Source: an uncultured Rivularia sp. | GTDB taxonomy: Bacteria; Cyanobacteriota; Cyanobacteriia; Cyanobacteriales; Nostocaceae | Assembly (NCBI GenBank): GCA_963665115.1 | Contig: OY762007.1 | Location: 8,096,001 to 8,160,000, forward strand | Length of the DNA: 64,000 bases | Reading direction: 5' to 3' | Shown here: piece after piece, positions 54,362-64,000 of the stretch | Layout: each line of letters starts with the position of its first letter | Numbering within the stretch: the stretch's first letter is position 1 | Notes under the pieces: generated by a model | Told to the model about the DNA's origin: nothing | Seen by the model: the letters and a program-made list of their open reading frames with translations, nothing else | Database searches by the model: none | Made by a program: the position numbers and the translations under genes

Positions 54362-54592
54362 TTAACATTTAAGCTTTCCCCATCTGGTAAAAATCAAGTT
54401 GATTTCATCAATGAAGAATAAAATCGGGCTAAACGCTTCAATCTTTTTCTTAGCTAGGTAAGCTTGTTCGTTCTTCCAGATACGGTATTGAATTTCTAAA
54501 GCAGCTTCTAACAATCCAAAGACCGATTTGGGAACGCCCAACCAATCAACACGAGTAAATATTTTTGGTTCTTCAGTACTTAGTATGCTTAA
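54362..54592 (-). pseudogene. Fragment of a P-loop ATPase (FtsK/HerA/TraD-like)
   Basis: Start-less frame '...AALEIQYRIWKNEQAYLAKKKIEAFSPILFFIDEINLIFTRWG' with a Walker B-like hhhhDE. Confidence 0.45.
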
Positions 54593-54754
54593 CTAATAGC
54601 TAAAATTCCAATGAAGTAAACATCTAAGAGGGTGTTTGAAAAGTCCAAGCGCGTACAATTTTCTCGTTTTGGCACGGTGATGCCTCATTCTTGTACGTCG
54701 CGGTAGCTGTGATAACTGCTCACTGATAACTGATAACTGCTCACTGCTCACTGC

Positions 54755-56563
54755 TCACTGCTCACTGATTTTTACTCGAATCAAACCATAAGCCTGTTTC
54801 GCGTCTAATTTCTCATAGTCAGATGGTTCTAAACCCATTTCAGGAAACTTTTTCGGTTCTGCCAGAATTAATATTGAGTCAGATTTGACTTGATTTTGAA
54901 TATAGTCTGCTGCTTTTACGTTGCTGCTAATATAATTAATTTTACGTTGACTATAAAAAGCAACGCTGGGTTTTTTAAAGCCAACCATAACTATTTCTTC
55001 TCCAGGCTGTTGTACCCGTGCAGCTAACTGCGATAATTGCTTCAAAGGTAGCTGACGACTAGCATCAGATACAAATATAGCTGGAGTTAGAACTAATACC
55101 ATGAATGCTGAAAACGCTAACAAATTAATACAGATTAAATGTAAATAACGGCGACGTATTAAGAAAATTGCAATAATTACGGCAGCAGCCAGCCAAATAA
55201 TTCCTCCTAAAACTGGTAAATTAGACCTCTGCAACATTTGTTGAAAATTTGGTGCTGCGGGATCGGGGCCAATTAAACTGCTAACTTTAAAAAAGGCAAA
55301 TCCTACTGCTGAAATAAAGACTATATTTAACCATCCACTTGCTTGCATTAAAGGCGAGGAAAGTAACACGGGAGATAAGGAAGAGTTAGAAGCAGATGTT
55401 TTACTCAAATGCGTACTCCTATCTACTATCAAATCGCCCCACAGTAACGCTATCAAAATACCAGCGGCTGGCATTAACGGTAACACGTAGCTGGGCAGCT
55501 TGGTAACGGCAATGGTAAAAAAGCTGAAAACACCAACAAACCAACATAAAGCGAATAAACCAAGTTGTTGAGAACGTTCGGTAGATATCCACGATTTACG
55601 CTGCCAAAACTTCAGTCTTATCATTGCAGCAGGCAAATAAACCGCATAGGGAGCAAAACCAACTGCTACAACCACAAAATAAAAATACCACGGAGCCGAA
55701 TGTCCGTTAACAACATCTGTAAACCGCTCAACATTATGTAAGCCAAAAAAGGAATCAATAAAATTCCAACCATTACTTAAAGTTACCAATACATACCAAG
55801 GAATTGACACGGCAGAGATAACGAGCATTCCTCGAATCAGATGGATTTCTTTTACTACCTGCCAAAAATTTCCTAAATAAACCAAGAATAGAAAAATAAT
55901 AAAACCGGGTAAGACAATACCCACAGGTCCCTTAGTTAAAATAGCTAAACCAATTAATACATAAAAAGCAAAATACCACCGTGCTTTTACGGTAGAATCA
56001 ACAGGTTGAGAATATCCTTGAAAAAAGCATAATAAAGCCGAAGCCATACATCCCGTAAGCAGCATATCCGAAACGCCTACTCGACCCCAAGCAATCATTT
56101 CTGGATTTAGAGCGATTACAGCGGCACCTAAACCAGCAGTTAGCCAACGACGATAAGGACGGTACACCCCTTGTAAATCGTCGTTTTTAGCTTGATGATA
56201 GTAAAGAGTATAAAACGCCAAACCAATCAAACCCAAAGCCGCGATCGCAGAAGGTAAACGTACTGCCCATTCATTCACCCCAAAAATCATGTAACCTATT
56301 GCTTGACACCAGTAAATCAAAGCGGGTTTATCGAAACGAGTTTCCCCATTAAAATAAGGTGTAATCCAATCACCTGTAACATACATTTGCCGAGAAGCTT
56401 CTGCAAACAGGGGTTCAGTCTCATCAATTAAGCTAAAATCTCCCAAACGCCAAAAAAAAGCAATCCCCGCAACGAAAATTACCCATAAAATCGATAACAT
56501 CACAGCAAGTTGCGGACGCTTTTCCATATTTTTCCACCAATACTTGGAAACACTTTGAGTCAT
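54755..56563 (-). CDS. ArnT/PMT-like (GT39/GT83) membrane glycosyltransferase
   Basis: 'DETEPLFAEASRQM...GDWITPYFNGETRFDKPALIYW', 'LTKGPVG', 'TKLPSYVLP'. Confidence 0.92.
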   Translation of the reverse strand: MTQSVSKYWWKNMEKRPQLAVMLSILWVIFVAGIAFFWRLGDFSLIDETEPLFAEASRQMYVTGDWITPYFNGETRFDKPALIYWCQAIGYMIFGVNEWAVRLPSAIAALGLIGLAFYTLYYHQAKNDDLQGVYRPYRRWLTAGLGAAVIALNPEMIAWGRVGVSDMLLTGCMASALLCFFQGYSQPVDSTVKARWYFAFYVLIGLAILTKGPVGIVLPGFIIFLFLVYLGNFWQVVKEIHLIRGMLVISAVSIPWYVLVTLSNGWNFIDSFFGLHNVERFTDVVNGHSAPWYFYFVVVAVGFAPYAVYLPAAMIRLKFWQRKSWISTERSQQLGLFALCWFVGVFSFFTIAVTKLPSYVLPLMPAAGILIALLWGDLIVDRSTHLSKTSASNSSLSPVLLSSPLMQASGWLNIVFISAVGFAFFKVSSLIGPDPAAPNFQQMLQRSNLPVLGGIIWLAAAVIIAIFLIRRRYLHLICINLLAFSAFMVLVLTPAIFVSDASRQLPLKQLSQLAARVQQPGEEIVMVGFKKPSVAFYSQRKINYISSNVKAADYIQNQVKSDSILILAEPKKFPEMGLEPSDYEKLDAKQAYGLIRVKISEQ

Positions 56564-56928
56564 CAGTTTATAATCAGTGGGACACTCACTAGTTATTAGT
56601 CATTAATAATCGGTTGTTAGTCAATAGTCAAAGACAACTACCACTCCACACTTTAATGACTCCCGTGAAAATGCTCTGTTCCTTTGTTTTGAGTAGATGG
56701 GGGGATGGGGGGACATTATTAAAGTAGTGAGTAGTGAGTAATGAGTAGTGAGTAATGAGTAGTGAGTAAAAATAGGCGGGTCGCTATGATTGACATTTAT
56801 GACAATAATAATAAAAAGTGATTTACTTGCTACTCTCTACTTGCTACTCCTAACTCTTAACTCTCAATGCCCAATTCCCAATGCCCAATCCCCCAACTAA
56901 TAACTATCAACTAACAACTAACAACTAA

Positions 56929-57261
56929 ATGCAAAACACTCGTCTAAACTCTCTATTCGATTTAATTGTCAGGAATCTAGCTCTATGGTTTCTTAATCCT
57001 TGGCGGAGAATTTCGCTGCTGATTATCAGTTTTTTGTTTGGCGTTTTTATGGGAACGGTAGCTGCTACTTCAGCAGGACAAAGAGCAGTTTTAGATGTTG
57101 TTGTGGCTGCATTTTTAGTATTTTTAACGGAAATTAGCAGTCGAATAGTTTACAGACGACCACCCAAAGAACGGAGAAAACTTTGGGTAGAATCACTTAA
57201 TCTTTTTAAGGTCGGTTTTATTTATAGCTTATTTATAGAAGCGTTTAAATTGGGTTCTTGA
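56929..57261 (+). CDS. DUF565 / Ycf20-like membrane protein
   Basis: 'MQNTRL...NPWRRISL...FIEAFKLGS'. Confidence 0.88.
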   Translation: MQNTRLNSLFDLIVRNLALWFLNPWRRISLLIISFLFGVFMGTVAATSAGQRAVLDVVVAAFLVFLTEISSRIVYRRPPKERRKLWVESLNLFKVGFIYSLFIEAFKLGS

Positions 57262-57335
57262 AGAATAGGGAATCAGGTAAAAATAATTATCCATGCCTAA
57301 TAACCTATCCCCTATTCCCAACTATTAATTATTAA

Positions 57336-58160
57336 TTATTCACCGAAATTTACAGTCATTGCATAAATTCTTACATCTAAAGGTTCAAGATTGGGATTGC
57401 TTGAGGATAATTCTCGGTCTCCAGAGACAGCTGCATACTGCTTCGGGTACTTCCCATATGCATTGTCATCTGATGGATTGAGTGTCAGAGAAAGTTTACC
57501 TTTATATTTAGATAATTTAGTACCTTCCAAATTTACTAAACCACCGTAATCCCAGCCAAATCCGGTTAACTTAAATTCACCTAATACTTCGCGTAATCCT
57601 TCTATAGAAGTTCCTGGCCCCAGCCCTTCAAGGGTTTTCCATTGCCGACCAAAACCTTTAATATACAGAATTTTATTACGACTTTTATCTTTCCAGAAAA
57701 TTGTCAAAGCACCAGGTGTAGTTGAATTAACTTTGGTAACTGGAACTGAAACTGTACCCTCACCTTGCAAAATTACGTCATCTTTTAGATTGGTTTCACC
57801 ATACAATTCAACTAAATCTGCACGGGTAGTTTCACCAGTAATAAGACCAACACGCTTTCCTGGAATTATAAAAGTATCATTTACTGGTTTCAAATAATCA
57901 ACTTTAGCCTTAACAGGTTGTTGAGATGAATTATTTTGTGAATTATCTGTGTTTCTGGAATTGCTTGCTGCTACAGGTTGCTTTTGAAGTGAATTGGTTT
58001 GTGTACCCGTGTTCTGTTCCTCTATCGTTACGGGATTCGATGGTTGGGTTGCTGCTTGTGTTTCTTGTGGTACAGAATTTACAGTATTGTTATCCGAGCA
58101 ACCTACTCCTACTACTAAAGTCAAAACAGCGATCGCAAGATTCTTGTTTATGAAAATCAT
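57336..58160 (-). CDS. Lipoprotein, tandem paralog A
   Basis: Lipobox 'VGVGC'; shares 'IIPGK.VG', 'FKLTG.GWDYGG', 'GDRELSS.NPN' with 58301-58966. Confidence 0.8.
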   Translation of the reverse strand: MIFINKNLAIAVLTLVVGVGCSDNNTVNSVPQETQAATQPSNPVTIEEQNTGTQTNSLQKQPVAASNSRNTDNSQNNSSQQPVKAKVDYLKPVNDTFIIPGKRVGLITGETTRADLVELYGETNLKDDVILQGEGTVSVPVTKVNSTTPGALTIFWKDKSRNKILYIKGFGRQWKTLEGLGPGTSIEGLREVLGEFKLTGFGWDYGGLVNLEGTKLSKYKGKLSLTLNPSDDNAYGKYPKQYAAVSGDRELSSSNPNLEPLDVRIYAMTVNFGE

Positions 58161-58300
58161 TTATATACCTTAGACTACTTAGTAATTACAGAATAACCAT
58201 TCTAATTTATACTTCCAAGCTAAGTTAGCTGATTCCTTAAACCATCGAAACTTCAGTAATTATTGTTATCAGTGCCCAATGCCCCATGCCCAATTACCAA

Positions 58301-58966
58301 TTATTCATCAAAATGAACGGTCATTTGAGAAATTTTCAGATCCAAAGGTTGCCAATTAGGATTAGTTGAAGATAATTCTCTGTCACCTAATACGGCTTGA
58401 TGTTGCTGAAAATATTTTTTTATAGCTTCTTGATTGGGAGCAACTTTGAGAGAAAGTGTTCCTTGATATTCAGATAACTTAGTAGTTGCCAAATTGATAA
58501 ATCCGCCGTAATCCCAACCCAATCCAGTTAACTTGAAATCACCTAGTTTTTTACTTAATTCTTGAAAAGAAGTTCCCACACCGATACCTTCGGGAGTTTT
58601 CCAAGCAGAACCAAAATCTCTGACATATAATAATTTTTGCCGAGTATCTTGTTCCCAAGCAACTGTAAAATATTTTTCTCCACCCAGATTAACCTTAGTA
58701 ACGGGAACTGAGATTGTTCCCTCATCTTCTAAAACAACGTCGTCTTTGAGCCTTGATTCACCAAACATTTTGACTAAATCGGCGCGATTAGTTTTTCCCG
58801 TTACCGCACCAACCTGCTTTCCTGGGATTATCAAAGTATTATTTAATTTGTCGGATTTCGATTGGAATAAATTAGATAGTGAAAAACTTGGTGCTGAATT
58901 TATAGAAGAACAACTTACTATCAAACTTAAAATAATAACGGCGATAACCTTACCAATTGAAAGCAT
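58301..58966 (-). CDS. Lipoprotein, tandem paralog B
   Basis: Lipobox 'LIVSC'; same domain as the neighbour. Confidence 0.8.
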   Translation of the reverse strand: MLSIGKVIAVIILSLIVSCSSINSAPSFSLSNLFQSKSDKLNNTLIIPGKQVGAVTGKTNRADLVKMFGESRLKDDVVLEDEGTISVPVTKVNLGGEKYFTVAWEQDTRQKLLYVRDFGSAWKTPEGIGVGTSFQELSKKLGDFKLTGLGWDYGGFINLATTKLSEYQGTLSLKVAPNQEAIKKYFQQHQAVLGDRELSSTNPNWQPLDLKISQMTVHFDE

Positions 58967-59176
58967 CTATATACCTCAAAAAGAATTATCTATGAATTAA
59001 AAATGATTTCTAATTATAGAAAAATACAAATTGAGTATATAGTAATGATAAGTATAATCAAGTATAAAACTGACATTTAATCTTAATTTAAAACTCAAGC
59101 AAGCTTGACACGTCAGCAACTGAGCAAATCTTCTGTTTTATCAATTAGCAATTACCAATTACCAATTACCAAAATT

Positions 59177-59953
59177 CTAGATATTATAAGCTTTCCAAAA
59201 AATATAAACCGCTAAAACAGCTAGCCCAATCCGAAATGTTAAACTAACAATTCTATCTGGTAATCGAGGTAAAAAACGGGTACTAAGTTGTGCCCCTAGA
59301 AGTCCACCAAATCCTAAAATTAAACCTTGAGCAAGCAATATATTACCTTCAATGGCGTGTCTAGTTGCCGAAGAGATAGAGCTAATAACAATAACTCCCA
59401 AACTAGTTTGAATTGCTTTTTTAATCGGTTCTCTTAGTAAAAGCATTTGTAACGGTACCATAATCACACCGCCACCTACCCCGAATATACCAGCAAGCAT
59501 ACCAGCAAGACCGCCAGTAACAATTCGAGAAACAATAGAACCGAACTTTGATTGTTGATTTTGTTCGTTTTCTGTTTCTTCTTGCTTTTCCGATAATTTC
59601 TTGCGTAATTCTACTAAGTAAATAGTAAATAAAAGTAAAATTCCAAAGGAAGCTAATTGATTGCGGGGAGGAATAAACTTTGCTATTCCAGCACTAAAAT
59701 AAGCTGTGAGTGCCGCAGGTAATGCTAGAAAAATAACCTTTTTAAAATTTATATAGCCCATACGCCAATTCTGGATAGTTCCAGAAGTCGCCGTAATTAC
59801 AATTGCCAGACTACTAGTAGCAACAGCCTGCAATGGCGTGTATCCAAATGCCAATAATATCGGTACTAAAATCGTACCACCACCAATACCCAGCAATCCA
59901 GCAAGGATACCTGAGATTAATCCACTAATTACTAAAAGGAACCAATTTTCCAT
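59177..59953 (-). CDS. TauE/SafE family sulfite exporter
   Basis: Duplicated 'GLLGIGGGTILVP' / 'GIFGVGGGVIMVP'; multi-TM. Confidence 0.92.
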   Translation of the reverse strand: MENWFLLVISGLISGILAGLLGIGGGTILVPILLAFGYTPLQAVATSSLAIVITATSGTIQNWRMGYINFKKVIFLALPAALTAYFSAGIAKFIPPRNQLASFGILLLFTIYLVELRKKLSEKQEETENEQNQQSKFGSIVSRIVTGGLAGMLAGIFGVGGGVIMVPLQMLLLREPIKKAIQTSLGVIVISSISSATRHAIEGNILLAQGLILGFGGLLGAQLSTRFLPRLPDRIVSLTFRIGLAVLAVYIFWKAYNI

Positions 59954-60071
59954 GTTTTAATTGTTAGTTGTTAGTTGTTAATTGTTAGTTGTTAGTTGAT
60001 TTTGATATATTAATTTATCAACTATAAATTCCTAACTCTTAACTCCTCATTACCAATCTAAAATCTAAAAT

Positions 60072-61040
60072 CTAAAATTTCCAACTCCCTTGTGGTAAAA
60101 TCGCTTTCGATAACATTCCATGTACGCCTTTTTGCGGTAAATTGACGACTTGGGTAATGCGAAAACTTACAGCTAAACTGCATAATACATAGGCATCTTC
60201 TGGTGATAACTTCGTGCAGCTTACCAGAAAATCGATCGTATTTTGTAAGGCTTTTTCTAAAGCTTCATCTAATGTAGGAGCAAAGCCCATCGTGATGATA
60301 TCAGTGGGGGTTTCGGCAATTGGTGTTGAGATTTGCAAATCTTTGCGAAGCTTTAGTTCGATAGTACCGTTCATGGAAGTTTCAATTGCAGTCACATTTA
60401 CTTCCCCGTCTCCCTGAGTTGAATGTCCGTCACCGATGGAAAATAACGCACCGGGAACGAATACGGGTAAAAATATTTTGGAACCAGCTTGTAATTCGCG
60501 GTTGTCGATATTGCCACCATAGCTTCCCGGAGGTATAGAATTTCGGGAATTTTCGGGTGTTGCAACGCCAAGGATGCCGAAAAATGGTTTGAGGGGAATT
60601 TGAATACCGCTACCCGTAGGAAATTCTGCAAGGTTATTTTCTAAATTCAAAGGAATAAATCTTAAAGCAGGTTGATTAAACTGTTGCGGTAAAGCACCAC
60701 AATTTTTACGAATAGCATTAAAACCAACTGGTAAACTTGGTGTAATTTTCTTTAAAGTTACTTCTAAAACATCCCCCGGTTGAGCATCTTGGACGTAAAT
60801 CGGTCCCGTAAGTAAATGAGGTCCTGCTGCAATTTTACGTTTGGGGGAGAGATTTTCGTATATATCAAGCAATGCGGGAGTTACAAACTCCGCCGGGGCT
60901 TTGTCGCAAACATGAAATCCCGTGTAAGTTTCTACATCCACCGTATCGCCGGAGTTCACGGTTATTACTGGTTCGAGTAGATGCGAAAAACCGCCAAGAT
61001 GCACGGTATCTTTGGTTGCTTTGATGATGTGACGAGTCAT
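60072..61040 (-). CDS. Acetamidase/formamidase family protein
   Basis: 'HLLTGPIYVQDAQPGDVL', 'GGNIDN', 'SIGDGHSTQGDGEV...AIE'. Confidence 0.92.
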   Translation of the reverse strand: MTRHIIKATKDTVHLGGFSHLLEPVITVNSGDTVDVETYTGFHVCDKAPAEFVTPALLDIYENLSPKRKIAAGPHLLTGPIYVQDAQPGDVLEVTLKKITPSLPVGFNAIRKNCGALPQQFNQPALRFIPLNLENNLAEFPTGSGIQIPLKPFFGILGVATPENSRNSIPPGSYGGNIDNRELQAGSKIFLPVFVPGALFSIGDGHSTQGDGEVNVTAIETSMNGTIELKLRKDLQISTPIAETPTDIITMGFAPTLDEALEKALQNTIDFLVSCTKLSPEDAYVLCSLAVSFRITQVVNLPQKGVHGMLSKAILPQGSWKF

Positions 61041-61567
61041 AGGATTTTGGATTTTCTTGTTATTTCGAGAAGAAGCTTACAGATTTTACCTGGCAGTGGC
61101 TGCGTAAGTCCTGAATATAAAAAATAGCTATATGTTTATTTTAATACTTATATAACCGTATAAATACATTATAATTTTTTTAATTTGTTCGGGGTGTAAT
61201 AACCATATCTACTGTTTTAAATATCCCAAATAGCAAATTTAGAATATTTTGGTGCATCTATTCTAAATTTGCATTAGAGAAATCTGAAAATCTTTAATAT
61301 CAACGATTTATTTAAATATATAAACCGATAGTTAATGAGTTAAATTTATTTAATTCATTAATTTGATATAGATAATTATATAAATTCGCTTTGATTGATG
61401 AAATTACTAGTTGAAATAGGAAGCATAAAACTAGTATTTGATAGATTTCAAATGCTTCAAACGGTAAAAAAAACTGGGCAAGCATCACGTCCTGTATTTG
61501 TATATTTACAGCAATATTCATTATTTCAAATTATCGCGGCTAACTAATATAAAAAAATGAAACCTAT

Positions 61568-63370
61568 ATGCGTATTTTAAAAATAACGTTCTATGGATTA
61601 TTAGCATTATCTTTGCCCAAAATTGCCTTAGCAGGTGAAGATAATACCAATGTAAATCAAGACAATAATTTACAATCACAAAATTTAATTAATAAGCTTA
61701 AAGAAGCTAAACAAGAGTCGCAAAAGCAAACTACCGTAAATAAGTCTGAAGTTGATGCGAATTTATCTGCCGAATTTTCCCCAATTAGTACTCAAGCAAA
61801 AGACTTACAGATAGAACAAATAGAACCAAATATTTCTCCTTTACAAGAACCTCCGACAAGACTTTTTAATTTAGAAACAGCCAATCAACTACCTAAAGGT
61901 TCGGTACAATTTCAAGCGGGTACTCATCAAGCTAACCCAGGAGATAATCGTCAGGGAAATACAGGCTATCAAAACTATTACACGTCTTTAGATTGGGGAG
62001 TCACAGATAAGTTACAGTTAAGTTTTGCAGCACAATTCTTTGACGATCCAACTAAAGCTCAAATCAACGGAACATTCCCTAACTTGACATTTGTTTCTTT
62101 TGCGCCAAGCGTTAAATATCAAGTATTTCAAAATGAACGTTTAAAAGTAGCGGTAAGCGGTACGGCTGAATTATTAGAACTTTCTTCCGATCCAGGATTA
62201 TTTAATAATACTAATAAAAAGTCTTCGGAATATTTCGGTATTGGAAAGGTAGAAGTTCCAGTTACTTATAATGCCGATGACGATATTCAATTTCACTTCA
62301 CTCCTGGAGTTGTATTCTATCCCGACAAAGTAAAAAATGCAGATTTTTATGGCACTTTTATTAATGTTGGTGCGGGGGTAAGCTGGCAAACTTCAGAAAA
62401 ATTGAACTTATTTGCTAATGCTAATTTACCATTGGGACCTGGAGGTAATGCTTTAAGTTCTCAAGATAATTCTATTTTCCGCAAATTATTATGGACTGCT
62501 GGTACCCGTTATGCGATTAATCCTCGTGCTGGTGTAGAAGTTTACGGAAGCAATGCATTTGGGGCAACTCCAACTACTAGCCTTTTAGCTTTTATCCCCG
62601 ATGGAAATGAAGTAATATTTGGTGCTAACGTTAAATACATTTTTGATTTCGGTCAAAACTATGCTTCCAGTTTTGGAAATAAACCTGATATTCCTTTATC
62701 TAATCGCGACAAACAATTATTATTAGACGGTTTAACTCTTAGTAGCACCAGTACTTTATCACCAGATCGAATCCGATTAACTGCGGGTATGTCTTCTGGA
62801 GGAAATGCTAAATTAAACTTGATGTATGGTTTAGCAAATGATTTACAGTTAGAAATTCCGATCGAACAATTTGGAAATTACGATCGACTTCCGCCTTCCG
62901 AAACTTTTGGAAATGCAATCAAATTTGGTGCAGGTGCAAAATTAAGATTCCTCAACCAAGCACAAGGCGATCCATTTTCCTTGAGTGTAAAAGTCAAAGG
63001 AGTTAGAGATAGTAAACGTCCTCGGGTAGGTACTTTATTTGCAGAAATACCTATTGTTTATCAAAATAGCAATAAAACAGCACTATTTTTTAATCCTAAA
63101 GCTGCATTTTACAGAAAAGAAGAACGCTTTGGTTTAGGATTAGGAATAAATCAAGTTTTGACAGATAAATTGCAATTAATTAGTGAATTAACTCCCGTTT
63201 CCGGAGAAGAATTAGTTTGGAGTACGGGTTTACGCTACTTTGAAACTGAAGCAGATTTAGGCATTGATATTTACGCGAGTAATGCTAGCGGACAAAACAG
63301 CATTGGAGGATTAGTAGCAGATACAAGTACTAATTTTGGTTTTAATATCCACTGGCTATTTCGTTTGTAA
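61568..63370 (+). CDS. Putative outer-membrane beta-barrel protein
   Basis: Signal peptide; amphipathic beta-strand pattern; C-terminal 'FGFNIHWLF'. Confidence 0.65.
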   Translation: MRILKITFYGLLALSLPKIALAGEDNTNVNQDNNLQSQNLINKLKEAKQESQKQTTVNKSEVDANLSAEFSPISTQAKDLQIEQIEPNISPLQEPPTRLFNLETANQLPKGSVQFQAGTHQANPGDNRQGNTGYQNYYTSLDWGVTDKLQLSFAAQFFDDPTKAQINGTFPNLTFVSFAPSVKYQVFQNERLKVAVSGTAELLELSSDPGLFNNTNKKSSEYFGIGKVEVPVTYNADDDIQFHFTPGVVFYPDKVKNADFYGTFINVGAGVSWQTSEKLNLFANANLPLGPGGNALSSQDNSIFRKLLWTAGTRYAINPRAGVEVYGSNAFGATPTTSLLAFIPDGNEVIFGANVKYIFDFGQNYASSFGNKPDIPLSNRDKQLLLDGLTLSSTSTLSPDRIRLTAGMSSGGNAKLNLMYGLANDLQLEIPIEQFGNYDRLPPSETFGNAIKFGAGAKLRFLNQAQGDPFSLSVKVKGVRDSKRPRVGTLFAEIPIVYQNSNKTALFFNPKAAFYRKEERFGLGLGINQVLTDKLQLISELTPVSGEELVWSTGLRYFETEADLGIDIYASNASGQNSIGGLVADTSTNFGFNIHWLFRL

Positions 63371-63525
63371 TCAATTATCAATTATTACTATTTATTCTCT
63401 AAAGATACTTGCCAGTTCCTCTTTATAAGTTGACACTTGTTTCTTCTTGATTATTTTTCATTGTTTGCTTCGGTTGGGAAGAAACATTATTCCCTTCCTT
63501 AATAAGTTCAAGTCTTCGACACTCG

Positions 63526-63587
63526 CCCTCTCCCCCTTCCCCTCTCCCAAGCTTGGGAGAGGGGTGCCCGTAAGGGCGGGGTGAGGG
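63526..63587. repeat. Palindromic repeat of the same family as the DUF559 flanks
   Basis: CCCCTCTCCCAAgcTTGGGAGAGGGG-tgcccgtaagggc-GGGGTGAGGG. Confidence 0.8.
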
Positions 63588-63779
63588 CCGCATATATGAA
63601 CAAAAAGCGCGTAAATTTTCTCAAAATCAACACCCTAGTACCGCTTGGCGTAAGTAAGGTACCCATCTCAAATCTAATCATGAGCATCAATATTGAGTCT
63701 AGAAAATGGGTGCGCTATTTAAGCCGCACTGTACTAGTCACACACTCTACAATTCCTAATTCCTAACTCTTGACCTTTT

Positions 63780-64000
63780 CTACTTCCCGTTCGTTGCTTT
63801 CATATCACCACCAATGGAAAACTGCGCGATTAAATAAACCAAAATTCCCGCAGCCATTCCGGGAAGTACTGCGTAAATTAACTTTGATAATTCGGGGGTT
63901 ATTGTCCATATCAAAGCAGTTGATATTCCAACTAGCATCATTGCGATCGCAATTGTTTTATTAATTGGTTTTTGCAGTACTCGTACCATAAACAATGGAC
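63780..64000 (-). CDS. C-terminal end of a membrane transporter (probably sodium:solute/proline symporter); 5' end outside window
   Basis: Hydrophobic helices 'AIAMMLVGISTALIW...IYAVLPGMAAGILVY'. Confidence 0.5.
   Translation of the reverse strand, partial: PLFMVRVLQKPINKTIAIAMMLVGISTALIWTITPELSKLIYAVLPGMAAGILVYLIAQFSIGGDMKATNGK

Larger units (their letters stand above)
53414..54684. mobile_element. Non-autonomous Tn3-family-like element (1,271 bp) with cargo
   Basis: 38-bp left IR GGCATCACCGTGCCAAAACGGGAAAATTGTACGCTAAG; right end matches its first 34 bp with one mismatch; TCATT direct repeat at 53409-53413 and 54685-54689; no transposase. Confidence 0.85.

Noticed and set aside
63508..63766. 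Short ORFs 63508-63690 and 63581-63766
   Set aside because: Span a palindromic repeat in the gap between convergent genes; no coding signal

Overview
AT-rich chromosomal window from a filamentous, probably heterocyst-forming (Nostocales/Rivulariaceae-like) cyanobacterium, judged from abundant HIP1 octamers, STRR heptamer tracts, a C-terminal-only KaiA and a split DnaE intein. Core genes: dnaE-N with N-intein, an flv3/flv1-type flavodiiron pair, glpK, tRNA-Val(GAC), kaiABC followed by tolC/hgdD with a divergent hybrid kinase, an S4-domain protein, an ArnT-like glycosyltransferase, TauE and an acetamidase. Accessory content: RTX proteins next to a pentapeptide-TM-CHAT gene (with a ~300 bp direct repeat), a DUF4178/membrane spermidine-synthase-like module, three paralogous methyltransferases with an AraC regulator, a PEP-CTERM-like protein, and an intact IS607 (TnpA plus TnpB). 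Three structures are invisible in the ORF track: (1) a DUF559 endonuclease gene bracketed by inverted 44-bp palindromic repeats whose relatives occur elsewhere in the window, (2) a 1,271-bp non-autonomous Tn3-like element with 5-bp TCATT target duplication carrying a small secreted-peptide gene, and (3) small repeats inserted into the predicted TnpB omegaRNA. Six reading-frame breaks (including kaiC) are all +1 bases in homopolymers and are most likely sequencing errors. All family assignments come from motif recognition; no searches were run.
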